Of a stretch of DNA of 64,000 bases, positions 1 through 13,304 are shown piece by piece. The stretch lies in NCBI RefSeq assembly GCF_001194135.2, contig NC_068994.1, forward strand, positions 2,781,000-2,844,999, written 5' to 3'. Positions within the stretch are counted from its first letter, which is position 1, and each line of letters starts with the position of its first letter. Source of the stretch: Octopus bimaculoides (lineage: Eukaryota). The notes beneath the pieces are model-generated. The model did not search any database. It was not told where the DNA came from and worked only from the letters and a program-made list of their open reading frames with translations. The position numbers were made by a program, and so were the translations under genes.

Positions 1-134
1 TAAAATGGTAGAAAATATCTTCAAATTATTTAATAATTACATTTTCTATTGTGACATTTTCAGTATAGCATAAGAGTCTTTGGATAAAATAAAAAATTAA
101 AAAAACGTTTTTATTGACGATAACGTCAATAAAA

Positions 135-442
135 ACAATTAAACCTTGGGAGAGGCATTATGCCGGTAATAAACACACGCACTGGTTCAGTCCTTTATTA
201 ATTTATATAGTTTTTTGTTAAATTATTTCATTGCACTCTTGCAATCTCTTCAGTAACTTGTCTCTCCACTTCCATTTATTTTGAATATATATTCAAAATA
301 AATGGAAGTGGAGAGACAAGTTACTGAAGAGATTGCAAGAGTGCAATGAAATAATTTAACAAAAAACTATATAAATTAATAAAGGACTGAACCAGTGCGT
401 GTGTTTATTACCGGCATAATGCCTCTCCCAAGGTTTAATTGT
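135..442. repeat. Perfect 308-bp spacerless palindrome (154-bp arms)
   Basis: Position i is complementary to 577-i from 135 to 442, centre ...TTGAATAT|ATATTCAA...; an adjacent 13-bp stem/4-nt loop hairpin lies at 107-136. Confidence 0.95.
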
Positions 443-1346
443 ATTTCTTTCAACACACGTATCCACATCAAGAATCTTGCACACGAAATACACATACGAA
501 ATAAGTCAATAAAAACGTTATACATCAGTGTTCTACTTCAACAAGATGTTTTTTTTATGACAAGTAATGCAAAGACTTCCGCCCGTCCCCACACCCCACC
601 CATATTCTCCCAAATTTGTTTATTTTAAAAATTTGTTTTGCCAAAAGCCTCCGTTTTCGGATAGGGAGTTCTGGAAAATTGCCAAAAATCGGCATTGTTA
701 AATTCTTCCCACCCTTCCCCGCAAGTTCTTCAATTTTGACTTTTTCCCCAACACTAACAGTAACCTTAACTCTAAAACCCTAGCCGTAACTACAGAAATG
801 TAATTGTAAATACCTTGCAACTGCTGCGATAATTATTAACTGGTAATTGAACGGTAAATGTGTATTTTTATATACCTTGGACTTGCCACCTTATTGTTCC
901 ACCTCCAGCCGTTCGTTATATTAGTCAACACACACTGACACACCATTTTGCTGTGGTGGCTCAAAAATTTGGAGAGCAGATATTGGAAGAGAAAGTGAAA
1001 GATGTATGTACGTGTATATGAAATGGATGTGTTTGTGTGCGTGCGCATGTGTGTGAGAGATAGAGTGAGTGAAGGTGTGTGTCGTGATGATTGAGGTCTT
1101 TTAAGACAGGGGTTTTCAAACTTTTTGACTTGCGGACCCCTTTATATTTCAGGCTTTACCTAAGAGACCCCCTTATAAACGCTTATGAAATTTATACATA
1201 AGTATTTGCTTAAAATAACATTTTTACATTTATTCATTTAACAAATAGATTTATTGTCAATTATACACACAGGATTTTTTTAATACATACTTAGTGAGAA
1301 GGATGTGCTTGCTTGGCTTTGCACAAACTGTCAATTCTTGGAGATA

Positions 1347-4072
1347 TTAATGACAAACATAACGTAAGTCACTTTCTGGAGCAAGTATGGATCTGTATTT
1401 GTTTTTCAGATTGGTCAGTGCCGAAAATCCTGCTTCGCATAAATATGCTGTTGCAAACGGTAGCAAAATCTTAACTACCTTTCGAGGTAACAATGGATAC
1501 TCGGAGGCTACAGTAAGCCAGAATTTCGAAAGTGGTTGCTGCATAAAACTGATTTTTAAAGTTCTGTCGCATGAAATTTCAGCCAGTTCTTCCATTAAAC
1601 GGATTTCTGATCCAGTCAAAATTTTCAGTACTATCTGGAACATCTTTCGAGAAATATTTGTCAAAATGCTCACCTACTGATATCAAATGTCGTTTAATAT
1701 CTATAATTACCAAATCAACATTAACCGAGATATTCGTCCAGTGTAGGAAACGTATCTAAAGTTTTCTTACTAACTTTTGTAGTCCATATATTCAGTTTTT
1801 TCTTGAAGGCTTCTATTTTGTCACGACTAAATAAAATATTTGAATTTCTTCCTTGTAGAGATAAATTCAGTTCATTAAGTTTGTTGAATATATCTGCCAG
1901 ATAAGCAACTTTGCAAAGCCAAATTTTATCAGCCATTATCGAAGCCAGTTCAGCATTATAATCACACAAAAAAAATCAACAGTTCTTCTCTAAGTTCAAA
2001 TAAACGCTGGATTGTTTTACCTCGTGAAAGCCATCTGTAGCGAGATCTCTCTCTCAGGCATTCAATCATAAATGATAACGAAGCTGCTAACAGCTAGCCT
2101 TGGACCCTTTCTGTCCATCATCCTGATTGGTTCTTATTTTGCGCGGCAATTGTCCCCATGTTCTGCTTGCTAAGGGGGCATTACATCCAATCGCCGGCTT
2201 CAGATAACATCACGTGAGAAGGAGTTTTCAGATCTCTCACAGGTCTGGTCATTGACCACAAATATACAGAACACAGATACAGCCAGTTCCAGCGCCGACG
2301 TCTTCACCACCAATGTACTGTCTACCATTGTCGTCGCCAGCAACATCAAGCGCGGTTTTATCTCGACACTGTTGAGTGGAGTTTCCACTCACGAACAATA
2401 GTCAGAACTAACCAGCGAGAATATTCCGTATCAGGTAACACGGTCACAGCATTCGACACTCAACACACATAGTGTGATACTACAGCTCTGCTCCTTGACC
2501 ACAACTTGTGTAACTTTTATACGAACTGGTTTTTCTCTATCTCAGCGTTTATGACTTTTTACAGTCTATGTTACAGACACTCTTTCTATGTTTCCTCTCA
2601 TTCACACGCATACTTGTACTCTCACATATTGTACACACACTATTGCTTAAACGACTGTCCGTCACTTCACATTGTTTTATACATTCTCTTGTACACCAAG
2701 GCCTGATTTATCTACTGTGTTAATTTTATATGTCGCATGCACGCGCACACAGACACAAACAGTTTCACTTTGTTAATAAATTTATTCTCATTATATATCT
2801 AACGGTTGAGTTTGTCCTAAGTTCTTTTACTGGCACTATGGCTCGTATCTCACGGTGAGCCTTCCTTCCAACTTATATATCTTGTTTTGTGTTCGACCGT
2901 GCGACATGGTAAAAAGGAGCCTTTACCGTCTACGTCGCCATCTCCTTTGGTTCGCACGGTCGAAGTATTACACATCTTACCTCTGTAAGAAGCAACAGAC
3001 TTGAATGTTCTTCCCCCATCGCACCACAGAGTATTGCAAAGAAAAAACTATACAGTGGTCTTGTTTTAATGAAATTTATCACTTTAATACAACATGACAA
3101 GACTTCGGACAAAGAAGCATCCATTTTTTTGGCAACCGGAGCTTCTCGATGAATCGTGCAATGTGTTGCAGTGATGTTAGGTGCTACTTTCTTAATATAT
3201 CCCACAACACCCGAGTAAATACCAGTCATTGATGCCGCCCCATCTGTACATATGTCAATACACTGGCTCCATAACAACCCTGATTGAAAAGAAAAGTGTC
3301 CAATACTTTGAAAACTTTCTCCCCAGTTGTTCTAGTGGGCATAGGATAGAAAATCTTCAAGCATTTCACTTTCCCAACAATATCGCACATACACCATAAG
3401 TAATATCTGTGCTTTCATCAAGTTGTAATGCAAAAAAGCTTGTTTTCACTGTCAATTAACTGAGATTTTATATCTTTTGACATATCTTCTATTCTTCGAG
3501 CAATTGTGTTGTNNNNNNNNNNAATTAACTGAGATTTTATATCTTTTGACATATCTTCTATTCTTCGAGCAATTGTGTTGTCTGACAGTGTCACAGCTTT
3601 CAATTTCGCAGCACATTTTCCATCCAAAACTGCCTCACACATGTCTATTGCACAGGGCAATACAAGTTCTTCAGCAATATTATGGGCCTTAGCACGAACC
3701 ACTCGCAGTGCCACTAAATAAGATGCCCGTAGTAGTTTATAATTTGATGTTATTGACATTTTAAAAGTTGTTGTCTCTTTTTAATATGCATCCTTTTTTC
3801 TTTCAAAAAAATATTTTGGTTTTGTGGCAAATTGAGGATGTAGTGTTGTTAAATGTCGCTGCATTTTAGCTGGTTTCAAGGCTTCATTCGACAACAGCTT
3901 ATGACAAAGTAAACACTGTGGTCTGTTAGCATTAGACACACTTTCAATGAATCCAAATTGAATATACTCCACGTCGTGTTTTCTTAATTTATTTTTCTGT
4001 ACAATCTCTTCTGTCTCTATCAGATTCTGAGTTGATTTCATCATGAGCTTTCTGTTTCAAAAATTTATCCAT
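1347..4072 (-). pseudogene. Frameshifted hAT transposase (ZBED5/ZBED8/SCAND3-like Buster family)
   Basis: Starts MDKFL at 4072; BED finger (PQCLLCHKLLSNEALKPAKMQRHL); CTDGAASM and HCTIHRE catalytic regions; EVRWLSRGK split by an insertion; C-terminal dimerisation motif (LLPFATAYLCEAGFS). Spread over several frames. Confidence 0.9.
2036..2972. mobile_element. Solo LTR (Ty3/gypsy-type) inserted into the hAT transposase
   Basis: TGTA...TACA termini and 4-bp TSD CATC (2032-2035 / 2973-2976). Removing it restores GAG GTA AGA TGG CTT TCA CGA GGT AAA = EVRWLSRGK on the minus strand. Confidence 0.85.
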
Positions 4073-4215
4073 GAGTAACGCTTGCACCCTGAAAATTTGA
4101 ACGTGAAGCTCTTGCATGTGTGAAATAATTTTCGTATAAACAACGTTGACGTATAATGGGCAATAATGTAGGTTTTATGCCATTTAGGAACATTAATAAA
4201 TAAAAAAAAAAACAG

Positions 4216-5183
4216 GGTAATCTTCAAGTTTAGGGGGTTAAAAAAAGTAAATAAAAATATTCAAGGGAAATAACTGAACGACTTACCATTATTATTCGTT
4301 TTCTTTTAGCTATTTATAAATAAGTCACACACGTGCTTTTTTTTTATTTTCTAAAACCTCATGCGACGGAATTTTTTCTTATAANNNNNNNNNNNNNNNN
4401 NNNNNNNNNNNNNNNNNNNNNNNNNNNNNNNNNNNNNNNNNNNNNNNNNNNNNNNNNNNNNNNNNNNNNNNNNNNNNNNNNNNNNNNNNNNNNNNNNNNN
4501 NNNNNNNNNNNNNNNNNNNNNNNNNNNNNNNNNNNNNNNNNNNNNNNNNNNNNNNNNNNNNNNNNNNNNNNNNNNNNNNNNNNNNNNNNNNNNNNNNNNN
4601 NNNNNNNNNNNNNNNNNNNNNNNNNNNNNNNNNNNNNNNNNNNNNNNNNNNNNNNNNNNNNNNNNNNNNNNNNNNNNNNNNNNNNNNNNNNNNNNNNNNN
4701 NNNNNNNNNNNNNNNNNNNNNNNNNNNNNNNNNNNNNNNNNNNNNNNNNNNNNNNNNNNNNNNNNNNNNNNNNNNNNNNNNNNNNNNNNNNNNNNNNNNN
4801 NNNNNNNNNNNNNNNNNNNNNNNNNNNNNNNNNNNNNNNNNNNNNNNNNNNNNNNNNNNNNNNNNNNNNNNNNNNNNNNNNNNNNNNNNNNNNNNNNNNN
4901 NNNNNNNNNNNNNNNNNNNNNNNNNNNNNNNNNNNNNNNNNNNNNNNNNNNNNNNNNNNNNNNNNNNNNNNNNNNNNNNNNNNNNNNNNNNNNNNNNNNN
5001 NNNNNNNNNNNNNNNNNNNNNNNNNNNNNNNNNNNNNNNNNNNNNNNNNNNNNNNNNNNNNNNNNNNNNNNNNNNNNNNNNNNNNNNNNNNNNNNNNNNN
5101 NNNNNNNNNNNNNNNNNNNNNNNNNNNNNNNNNNNNNNNNNNNNNNNNNNNNNNNNNNNNNNNNNCTAAACTTGAAGATTACC
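4216..5183. mobile_element. MULE/Mutator-like non-autonomous element nested in the hAT 5' region (mostly N-gap)
   Basis: 18-bp inverted ends GGTAATCTTCAAGTTTAG (4216-4233) / CTAAACTTGAAGATTACC (5166-5183); 9-bp flanks AAAAAACAG vs AAAAATCAG (8/9). Confidence 0.65.
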
Positions 5184-6149
5184 AAAAATCAGATATTCAG
5201 ACACTGAAAATTTATAATTTGAACTTCACTGGATGTGTAAATTAACAAAGTACCTGTGTGCTTCTTTGGATCTGACTAAGCAGTCTTAACTCAGCAAATA
5301 CGTGAACGCAAAAAAAAACACAAATTCACACTTTTCTTATGTCACGAACCATAATTAATGTGAATGGAATTCCTGACACGCAATCAATGCTCAAGTGACA
5401 ACTTAATTGTTTTAATCGATGGGACTTTTAGGATATATTACAAAATTATTTACCTGTTATTTCATGCGCTTACATTTACAAAATATAAGAAAAATGATTT
5501 CGATTAAAAACGTATATAAAATCAAATTGCTCATAAAAAGTATTTGCTGTCCATGGACCACAGTTTGAAAACCCCTGATTTATACAATCAATTGAATATA
5601 TAATGTAAAAATATTATGATTTAACATTGTTTTTATATCAGAATTAGCTTGGCCAGTGAAAGTAGCAAGTTTAGAAAGTCTAGAAATTGAAATACTAATC
5701 TGAAAACTGCCTAAAGCCAGCTTAAAGTTTAAGGTATTTACAAAAGTAGAGAGTGATATATATCAACAATAAATTGTAGACAAATAATGTTAGTGTTTAA
5801 TAGATGTGAGAACAGGAGTAAGTTGAACACGAGTCCATATGTAGATAGTATGAACTAAAAGAAAAATGTAAATCATAGAGTAATTCAGTATATAAATGTG
5901 TCCAGACAGCCATAATATTCTCTTTATTCAACACTGACATGTGAATCTAAACAGCCTTTTAGTTTATAAATTTCTTTCTTTCAAGTTCACTTTACACGTA
6001 CATCATTGTAATCTTGCTTTATTCAAATGCAAGACTGCCTCTTTTACTTTACATGTCTCACTGCCATATGTAATATATTTCTCATGTGCATGATTCTTAG
6101 ATATGGTGTAAAAAATATGAGCAGTTGTGACTTGGACATTATGAACAGC

Positions 6150-6480
6150 TTTGATTGCTCACTAGATAACTTTTGTTTCCTAGGTGATATATGTAGAGCT
6201 GTTGCTACTTGTTTGTGAAGATGGTAGTGGTAGTTTGAAAGTAGGAAAGGATTTGAAGGCAATAAGAGCTTTAGGTAAGTGCTTACTATGTTGGCAACAA
6301 AGTACAAAAGACACTTGTGAGTTGGTACAGTTACTCTACAGCAAACTGCATATTTCATGGGTGAAGCAATGTAGAAAGACAAGATGCAGAGTAACTGAGA
6401 AAGCAAATGGATATTAAAAGAATTGGTGGATGTACATAGAAGAAACATTTATACTTATATGGATATGTAATGCTATCTGG
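6150..6480 (+). mobile_element. Highly degenerate RTE LINE fragment
   Basis: LDNFCFLGD and LLATK/LHG-like remnants match the post-RT region of the copy at 30730-32200. Confidence 0.4.
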
Positions 6481-9400
6481 AAGATGCATGTTGGAAAAAT
6501 TGTCAGAGCTGTCGGTACATAATAAATCAGAGAAAAGGCTTGGGAAGAAATTCTTATATCAGATATGACAATATTGAACCTCAAAACTAAAACAGCAAAA
6601 GAGAAAGATGGCATATTGCTGTCAGTTGAGGTAGCAATGAAAACTAAATAGAAAACAGATTTGAAATGAAACTGTAAATGTGGATTATGCACACACATAT
6701 GCATTAAATTACAGGGTACAAGAGGTATTTGAGGACATTAAGAAATTGAATAAAACAAATCTACTCTACTAAAAACTAAATATATTTAATAAAAATTTGT
6801 GCATATGTTCTTTAGAAAATTAGCAATTTCAAAATCACTGTGTTCTGCATATGTGGCAACAATAACTGAATGTCTTTTTCTTTCTTGTGTTAGCATTTTA
6901 TCAGCTATGAGGGGATCTGAAAGAAATGAAAAACTTTTAACTGGTTTGAAGAGATTAATTATACTGGTAATTGAGTGTCCTCAAATACTCCTCAACCCTG
7001 TATATCATATATTTAAATATATATATATATACACAATCATACGCAAACACATTCATTATATTTTCATTATCCTCATCATTATTTTAACCTCTACTTTTCC
7101 ATGCTTACAGAGGTCAGATGGTAATTATTCAGTCAGGTGCCCTTTCTGTTGCCAAACTTCATGTTTCCAAGCAAGGCAATAGTTTCCCATGGCCAGCTCT
7201 GTTTTCATGGAAGATTGGAAATGAAGTCCACAGTTTGTATGACAGTGATGCTCATGTACAACTAACTATTGGATGATGTCAAAACAAAGAAACACAAACA
7301 AATATATATATGTGTGTGTGTGTACATATATATATATGTATGTATGTGTATATATATATATATATATTAGTGTTTATGGAAAATAATAGAAAATACGGAA
7401 TATAAAAAACAAAACAGATGAAGTAATAGTCTTAACTTTACAGCTGTTTCAGATTTAGCATGATTACTGCCATAAAAATATCCTATAACTAGATGTATTG
7501 ATGAATGGAATAACAGGAATTTTTATATATCCATGAGGCAACTTTTGTGTGTTGTATGTGTGTGCACGTGCGTCTGTGTGTGTGTGTGTGTGTGCACACA
7601 TGCACTTGTGTGTTTGTATGTATTTATGTATACATGATGACATTTATTGGATGAAAAATCTCCATAAGCTATCAGCAATAAAAGAAAACTAAAATAGATA
7701 TAGTAAGAAGTAATAAGGTGAGATCTGAGGAGTCTAAGGCCCACAGAAACAATAATGTAAGATTAAAAGGTAGAGCAATATATGCCCCATTGCAGACTCA
7801 GGTACAGTAAACCAATAAAAATGATACCTACTTTGCTCATGTAAACTTTTTTAATGCAATCCACTTTTAGAGAGAGATAGAATAGGTGTGTATGTGAGTG
7901 AATAATTGGATGTGTGTATGAGACTATGTGAGTTGTTTTGACAGCAATAAAAGATATGTGTAATTTTGATGTAACAGAAACATTCCCATTGAGTATATAC
8001 CACTTTACCAGTCTTTGGAACAGAGATTTGTTATCTATGGTAGTCCATTGCATGTTGGCACAGATCAGCTGTAGATTAAATCAACCTAAGAACTTGACTG
8101 ATATTTAATGCTATTTTTTTCCCAAAAGGATAGAAGGCAAAGCTTACCTTGTTATAGATTGAACTCAAAATATAAAGTGCCAGAATAAATACAAAAATAA
8201 GAACAAATTTTGCATGATATTTTAAAAATGCTGTCTGACCACCAGCTTAATGAAGCTGATGATATAATCACCTTCCAATTTCTTGAATGATCACTTTTCT
8301 ACACACACACATCTGTTATTTATGTGTGTGTGTGTGTGTAAGTATGTATGTTTATGTATAAGAACTAAACTGCAAAGAAAACTTTGGAATAGCAATAAAT
8401 ATTTATAAATTTGAACACTCTTATGCATAGAAAAGTGTTAATATATGTGTATATTTGCAAATATTCATTGTGATTAAGGCAAATATTTTCGACCTTTTTT
8501 TTTAAATAAATAATCCTTTTCAACCCATGAAATTTTTGCTAAGTTTTCATAATATGAGGGAAATATTACATATATTTATATGGGCATACATATGTATATG
8601 TATTTATATATGTGTGTGTATTTGTTTTATATGTTGCTAAACACTGTTTTCTTTTTATTAATATATTCTATATGAAATATGCTTTTCTATCATCAAGAAT
8701 GCTTAGTTTTCATGGGTAGTTACACATGTTAGTATGCAAATATGAATATGTATCTTTGTCAGTTTGGGAGAGAGAGTGATTGTGTGTCTACATTCAAATA
8801 AATGCTATTATGTCCAAAAACCTGATATAATAGGCATAAACTGAAGCTAAATGTCAAAAATCTCTAAAGAAACAAATTTTCTAAGTGAGGATTTTCACAA
8901 TATATATGACTTAGGGTGAAGACAAAGCAGATATGACAATAAATGGAAATTGTTTTCTAAGCTGACAGTTTCTATTGACATTTATTATGAAAGTATATTT
9001 TATATCTCACTCTCATAAATGCATTCTCTCTAACAACAATATACCATTACAGGAAAACATCCTGTATTAGAATATAATACCACAGAGAAATCTCTTTGAA
9101 AATGTTCTTATTCCTTTCATTTCTCAGTTTCTAAAATTCTTTTAAGTTCCAAAGACATATATTCTTTCTACATCTTAATATCTTCATGAAAATGTCTACA
9201 CTTAGAGTTCTCTTTATATTTGAACTATCATTTTCTATTCTTGGCTATATCCATTAACATGGTTAATCTCTATTTCACAGCTTAGCCTTTCAATACCCTG
9301 CAGTATTCTATCATGTAGCAATGTTAGCATTCCATTAACTCAGTATTTCCCGTGGCTATTTTTCATTAAACTAGCCACATAATCTCAGTTCAGAAACAGA

Positions 9401-10197
9401 ATAAAGAAAAATATACTGAATATATTTTGACAGGCAAACGTAACTATATACACAGATTTAGTTGTTTATTTTCTGTATAATGTTGTTTAAATATTTTTTT
9501 TAATAATATTTTTGTCAGCTATCATAAATATTAATATATATTATTTCTCAATTTTTCTATACTGTTTTACACTTACATATTAGATATATGATAGTATTTA
9601 TAAAAATGTATGTTCATATTATCAATAATGTTGAAAGTTTTCATACAATATTCATATTTTAAATATATATACTTATATAAATGCACACACTTACACATAT
9701 GCATGCATATTAAATAGCAAGGAAAACAGTAGATTAATTTAATCATTTCATTCTTCATGTAATTTCAGTAATACTTTAGTAATAGCTATTATACATTTAA
9801 TTATTTAAGAGTCATTATAGGTATTATATCCTCTGAAGACATATAAACTAAATGTTTAATAACTATCACTAAGTATTATTAAAATATTACTGAAATGGAT
9901 ATAAAGAATGAAATAAATTAATTGGTTACTTTATTTGTTATAGAATCAATGCATTTTTACTCTATGGTTCAATAGAGCCACATGTATGAAAACATTCTTG
10001 TGAGCACATGTGTTTGAGTGTATTGAAATATACTGAGTTTTAAACAAAGCATGAATAAAAATTAAGTAGGAAGAAATATGAATTTTCTGACATTTACCAA
10101 GCAGGTAAGACTTATGACTAATAAGAAGATAATTACTATCATCATTAAAGGGAAATGTACTATGTTGTTGCTGTTATTGTTATTATTATTACTATTA

Positions 10198-10640
10198 AGG
10201 CAGTGAGCTAGTAGAATCATTAGCATGCTGGTAAAATGCTGAGAAGTATTTCGTCTGTCTTTACATTCTGAGTTCAAATTCCACCAAGGTCAACTTTGGT
10301 CTTCATCCTTTTGGGGTTGATAAATTAAGTACCAGTGAAACACTGGTTTGTTGTAATTAACTAGTCCCCTCCCGCAAAATTGGGGAAAGGAGAAAAAGAA
10401 AAAAAATGTGCCTATAGAGGAAAGGATTATTATCATTATTAAGATGGTGAGCTAGCAGAATCCTTAGCATGCTGGGTAAAATGCTTAGTGGCATTTTGTT
10501 TGTTTTTTTACATTCTGAATTCAAACTCTGAGGTTGACTTTGTCTTTCATCCTTACAAGGTTGATGAAATAAGTACCAGCTGAGCACTGGGGTCAATGTA
10601 ATCGACTTGGTCCCTCTCCAAAATTGCTGGCCCTTCTTAA
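10198..10640 (+). mobile_element. Two head-to-tail tRNA-derived SINEs
   Basis: A-box-like GGTGAGCTAGCAGAAT, B-box GAGTTCAAATTCC, conserved body CTTTCATCC...GATAAATTAAGTACCAG, (ATT)n tails. Confidence 0.85.
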
Positions 10641-11289
10641 CACCAGCCACTCCACTCTATAGAGTGAGAGAGAGAGAAGATAAGAAAGCAAGAGGGAGAG
10701 GAATAGAGAGAGAAAGAGAGGTACAAGAAAGAGGACAGAAATAGGTGTGCTGATGTAAAGGAGATACTTGGTTACCTAGTCAGACAGAAAAGCAAAAGGA
10801 GAGAGAGAGAGTGATCAAGAATGAGGACAGAAACAGATGTGCTGCTGTAAAGGAGACACATGGCTACTCAACCAGAAGGAAGAGCAAGCAAAAAAAGAGA
10901 CAGTGGGAAACAGCAAAAGTGCAAGAGAGAACAGGAGAGAGATTGTGTGAAGTGCCAGGGTGTACTCACAAGTAACAAGGATCAGAGAATAAATGAGATG
11001 AAAGAATAAGGAAGAGAGAGATAAATGGTGGTAATTGCCAGGGCATGCCCTCAAGATACAGAGGTCATAATATATGCAACCTGGTGTTGCTAAGAAGGCA
11101 TGAGTAGGGATTGCAGTAGCTGGTGAAAACCTGGGTGTAAAGATGAGGTGGGGAAAAGCAGTAATACAGCGAGCAAGGCAGTAAGGGCAGGGAAAAGGAG
11201 TGGGAGACAATCATATACACTATGTATATGACTTGAAGAAGAAATGTGAGGAAGAGAAAGATGCAGTTTAGAAGAGATGTTGTTCAGTT

Positions 11290-11810
11290 TCTTGGGGTAG
11301 GATGTGTGAAAAGTTTATTGTTACATGTGGGTGGGACACAACACTTCTAGCACTCAGATGTGGGTGGGTCTTCTCTAGAACCTCATATGGTCAGACATCT
11401 CGGTCCATTGTCATTTCCTCCGTGAACCCTAACATCCTGAGATTGGTTCTCATCATTTCATCTCATGTTTTCTTGGATCCCCTTCTTCCACAGGTACCAT
11501 CCACTGTCAGTGACAGGTACTTCTGTATACAGCTTGTCTTTACTCATACGCATCACATGTCCAAACCAATGCATTCTCCTCTCCAGCATGCCACATTTAA
11601 TTCCTCTTATACCTAAGTCTCAACACAGTTGCATTTTGTTGATCATGCACACTAATGCTGCAAATCCAATGATGCATACTACCTTCATTCCTCTTCAGTC
11701 TATGCATGTCCTCTGTATTCAGAGCCCATGTTTCACTACCATGAAGTACAAAGTGTATTCTATATGGAGAATATCTGTCTCTCATCTCTCTATATATACA
11801 TATACCAGAC
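11290..11810 (-). mobile_element. RTE LINE 3' fragment
   Basis: LHGSETWALNTEDMHRLKRNE and RGxxRKT..LGFTEEMTMDRDVW..VLEKT remnants, same family as 30730-32200. Confidence 0.75.
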
Positions 11811-13304
11811 AAAGCATTATGAGAACTGAGGCATCCCAGACAACAATTATGGAAAAAAAAGTAGCATGACAGATTTTGATTATAGGGACCATCTCAAAAC
11901 ATTTCTCTCTAATGTCACCATAAAACTACATTATTTGCATAATGTGGAGATGATACCACCCACGCTGCTCAAGCAATCTTAACATCAAGTTTACAATTCA
12001 TCTACAGCTGGGACCCTGTGGCATATGCCCTCTACATGAATCAAGTTCATAACACTTAACTAGCAAATCAATGAGATTTAAATTTCTCAGCAAGAATTTT
12101 TGATATTTTCAAATTTATTATGACAGTCTAAAATAACTCAAAAAATTTTGATATTGATGTATTTTATAATCTCATTACTTTCATTTGCTTGTTGACTTGA
12201 AGATACACAAGGACCTTTTGTAAGGAGAAAAGTAATTCCAGTTCATTTGACTTATAAGGATTCAGATTATCAACAATAAAAGAATGGAGGACAAAATGAA
12301 CTTTTAGGGGAATAGAACTTAGAAACTTAATTATATAAAGCATTTAAACTATTTCTGTGGTAATCGACTTCAGCTCTAATTATTAAAATAAATATTATAA
12401 ATAGAAAGAACTGAAGTATTTTGTAAAAGAATAGGAAGTATTTGTTGCAAAACCTATAAAAGAATTGGAAATTTTGTAGAATCTATAAAACTCAAATTAG
12501 ATGAAAACTTAACAACTTGACTGTTATTTACAAAAGTGCACTTCCATTTGTAGATTTCACATGAAAGTGAGCAATCTTGTAAGCTGTGAGCATGATACTT
12601 GGTGACTATCAATTTAAAATTATGACCTGGGGTCATAATCCAGCTGCATTTTTCAAATTAATGTCAGATGAAATATTTGGGAAGAGTATGAATCAAGAAA
12701 GATTGTTTCATGTTACAATACCAGACAATAAATTGTTTGAATTCATGTGGAGTTAAATAAAACTTTGGAATTGCTTCTAATAGGATGAAAGCAGTCAGCT
12801 CTGCTATGCAAAACCAGTTTTCTAAGGGACAAAACGACAATTTTGAAGTCTAAAATCAGACTGGAGGGAATTGTGTATCAGAGAAGACTATTCGGATTTA
12901 TAGGATTTAATCAAAAGCACAGAACACTCTTTATGTGGAAGAGTGAAAGAAAGTGTGTCCATTTGTATGCATTTCTCTTTTGTGTGTAGAGAGTATATGG
13001 ATATGAAAATGCATGTGTTTGTGGAGACAAATACACATGTATAAATGTGTGCATGTATATGAATGTGATGTAAATGCACCTTCACAATCTGATTTTACTG
13101 ACTCACTGTATAAATTGCAGTAAAAAAAAAATTAATATGTCTTCATCTTTATATTAATGAAATAACAGTAAGATTTATTAATAATGAAGCTTTGAAGAAA
13201 TGAGAGATAGAAAATTAGGTTCTTTGCCATAGAAAGTTAATCAATCTCATTAAAACGTTGCCTCTTATCTTTCTTCCACAGTAGCAACATCAATAATAAT
13301 AATA

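Larger units (their letters stand above)
1107..5577 (-). mobile_element. hAT (Charlie/Buster-type) DNA transposon, degenerate, with two nested insertions
   Basis: Perfect 16-bp TIRs CAGGGGTTTTCAAACT (1107-1122) and AGTTTGAAAACCCCTG (5562-5577), with transposase remnants between them. The 8-bp flanks match only 4/8 (TTTTAAGA vs ATTTATAC). Confidence 0.9.

Noticed and set aside
630-830. TAACC(C/T)TAA-containing segment (similar at 20480-20730), possibly Helentron-like or telomeric
   Set aside because: Too few repeats and no termini identified.
3453-3582. 59-bp direct duplication in the hAT transposase
   Set aside because: Identical copies flank a 10-N gap, which is a contig-overlap artefact.
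4333-5185. Long ORFs made of X residues (also 34589-34969 and 45370-46303)
   Set aside because: These are translations of N-gaps.
10203-10285. tRNA-like A/B boxes
   Set aside because: These are SINE heads; no full cloverleaf is present.
5600-13000. Search for tail exons of an upstream Pcdh or another host gene
   Set aside because: No match to the tail-exon motifs; short ORFs lack splice or homology support.
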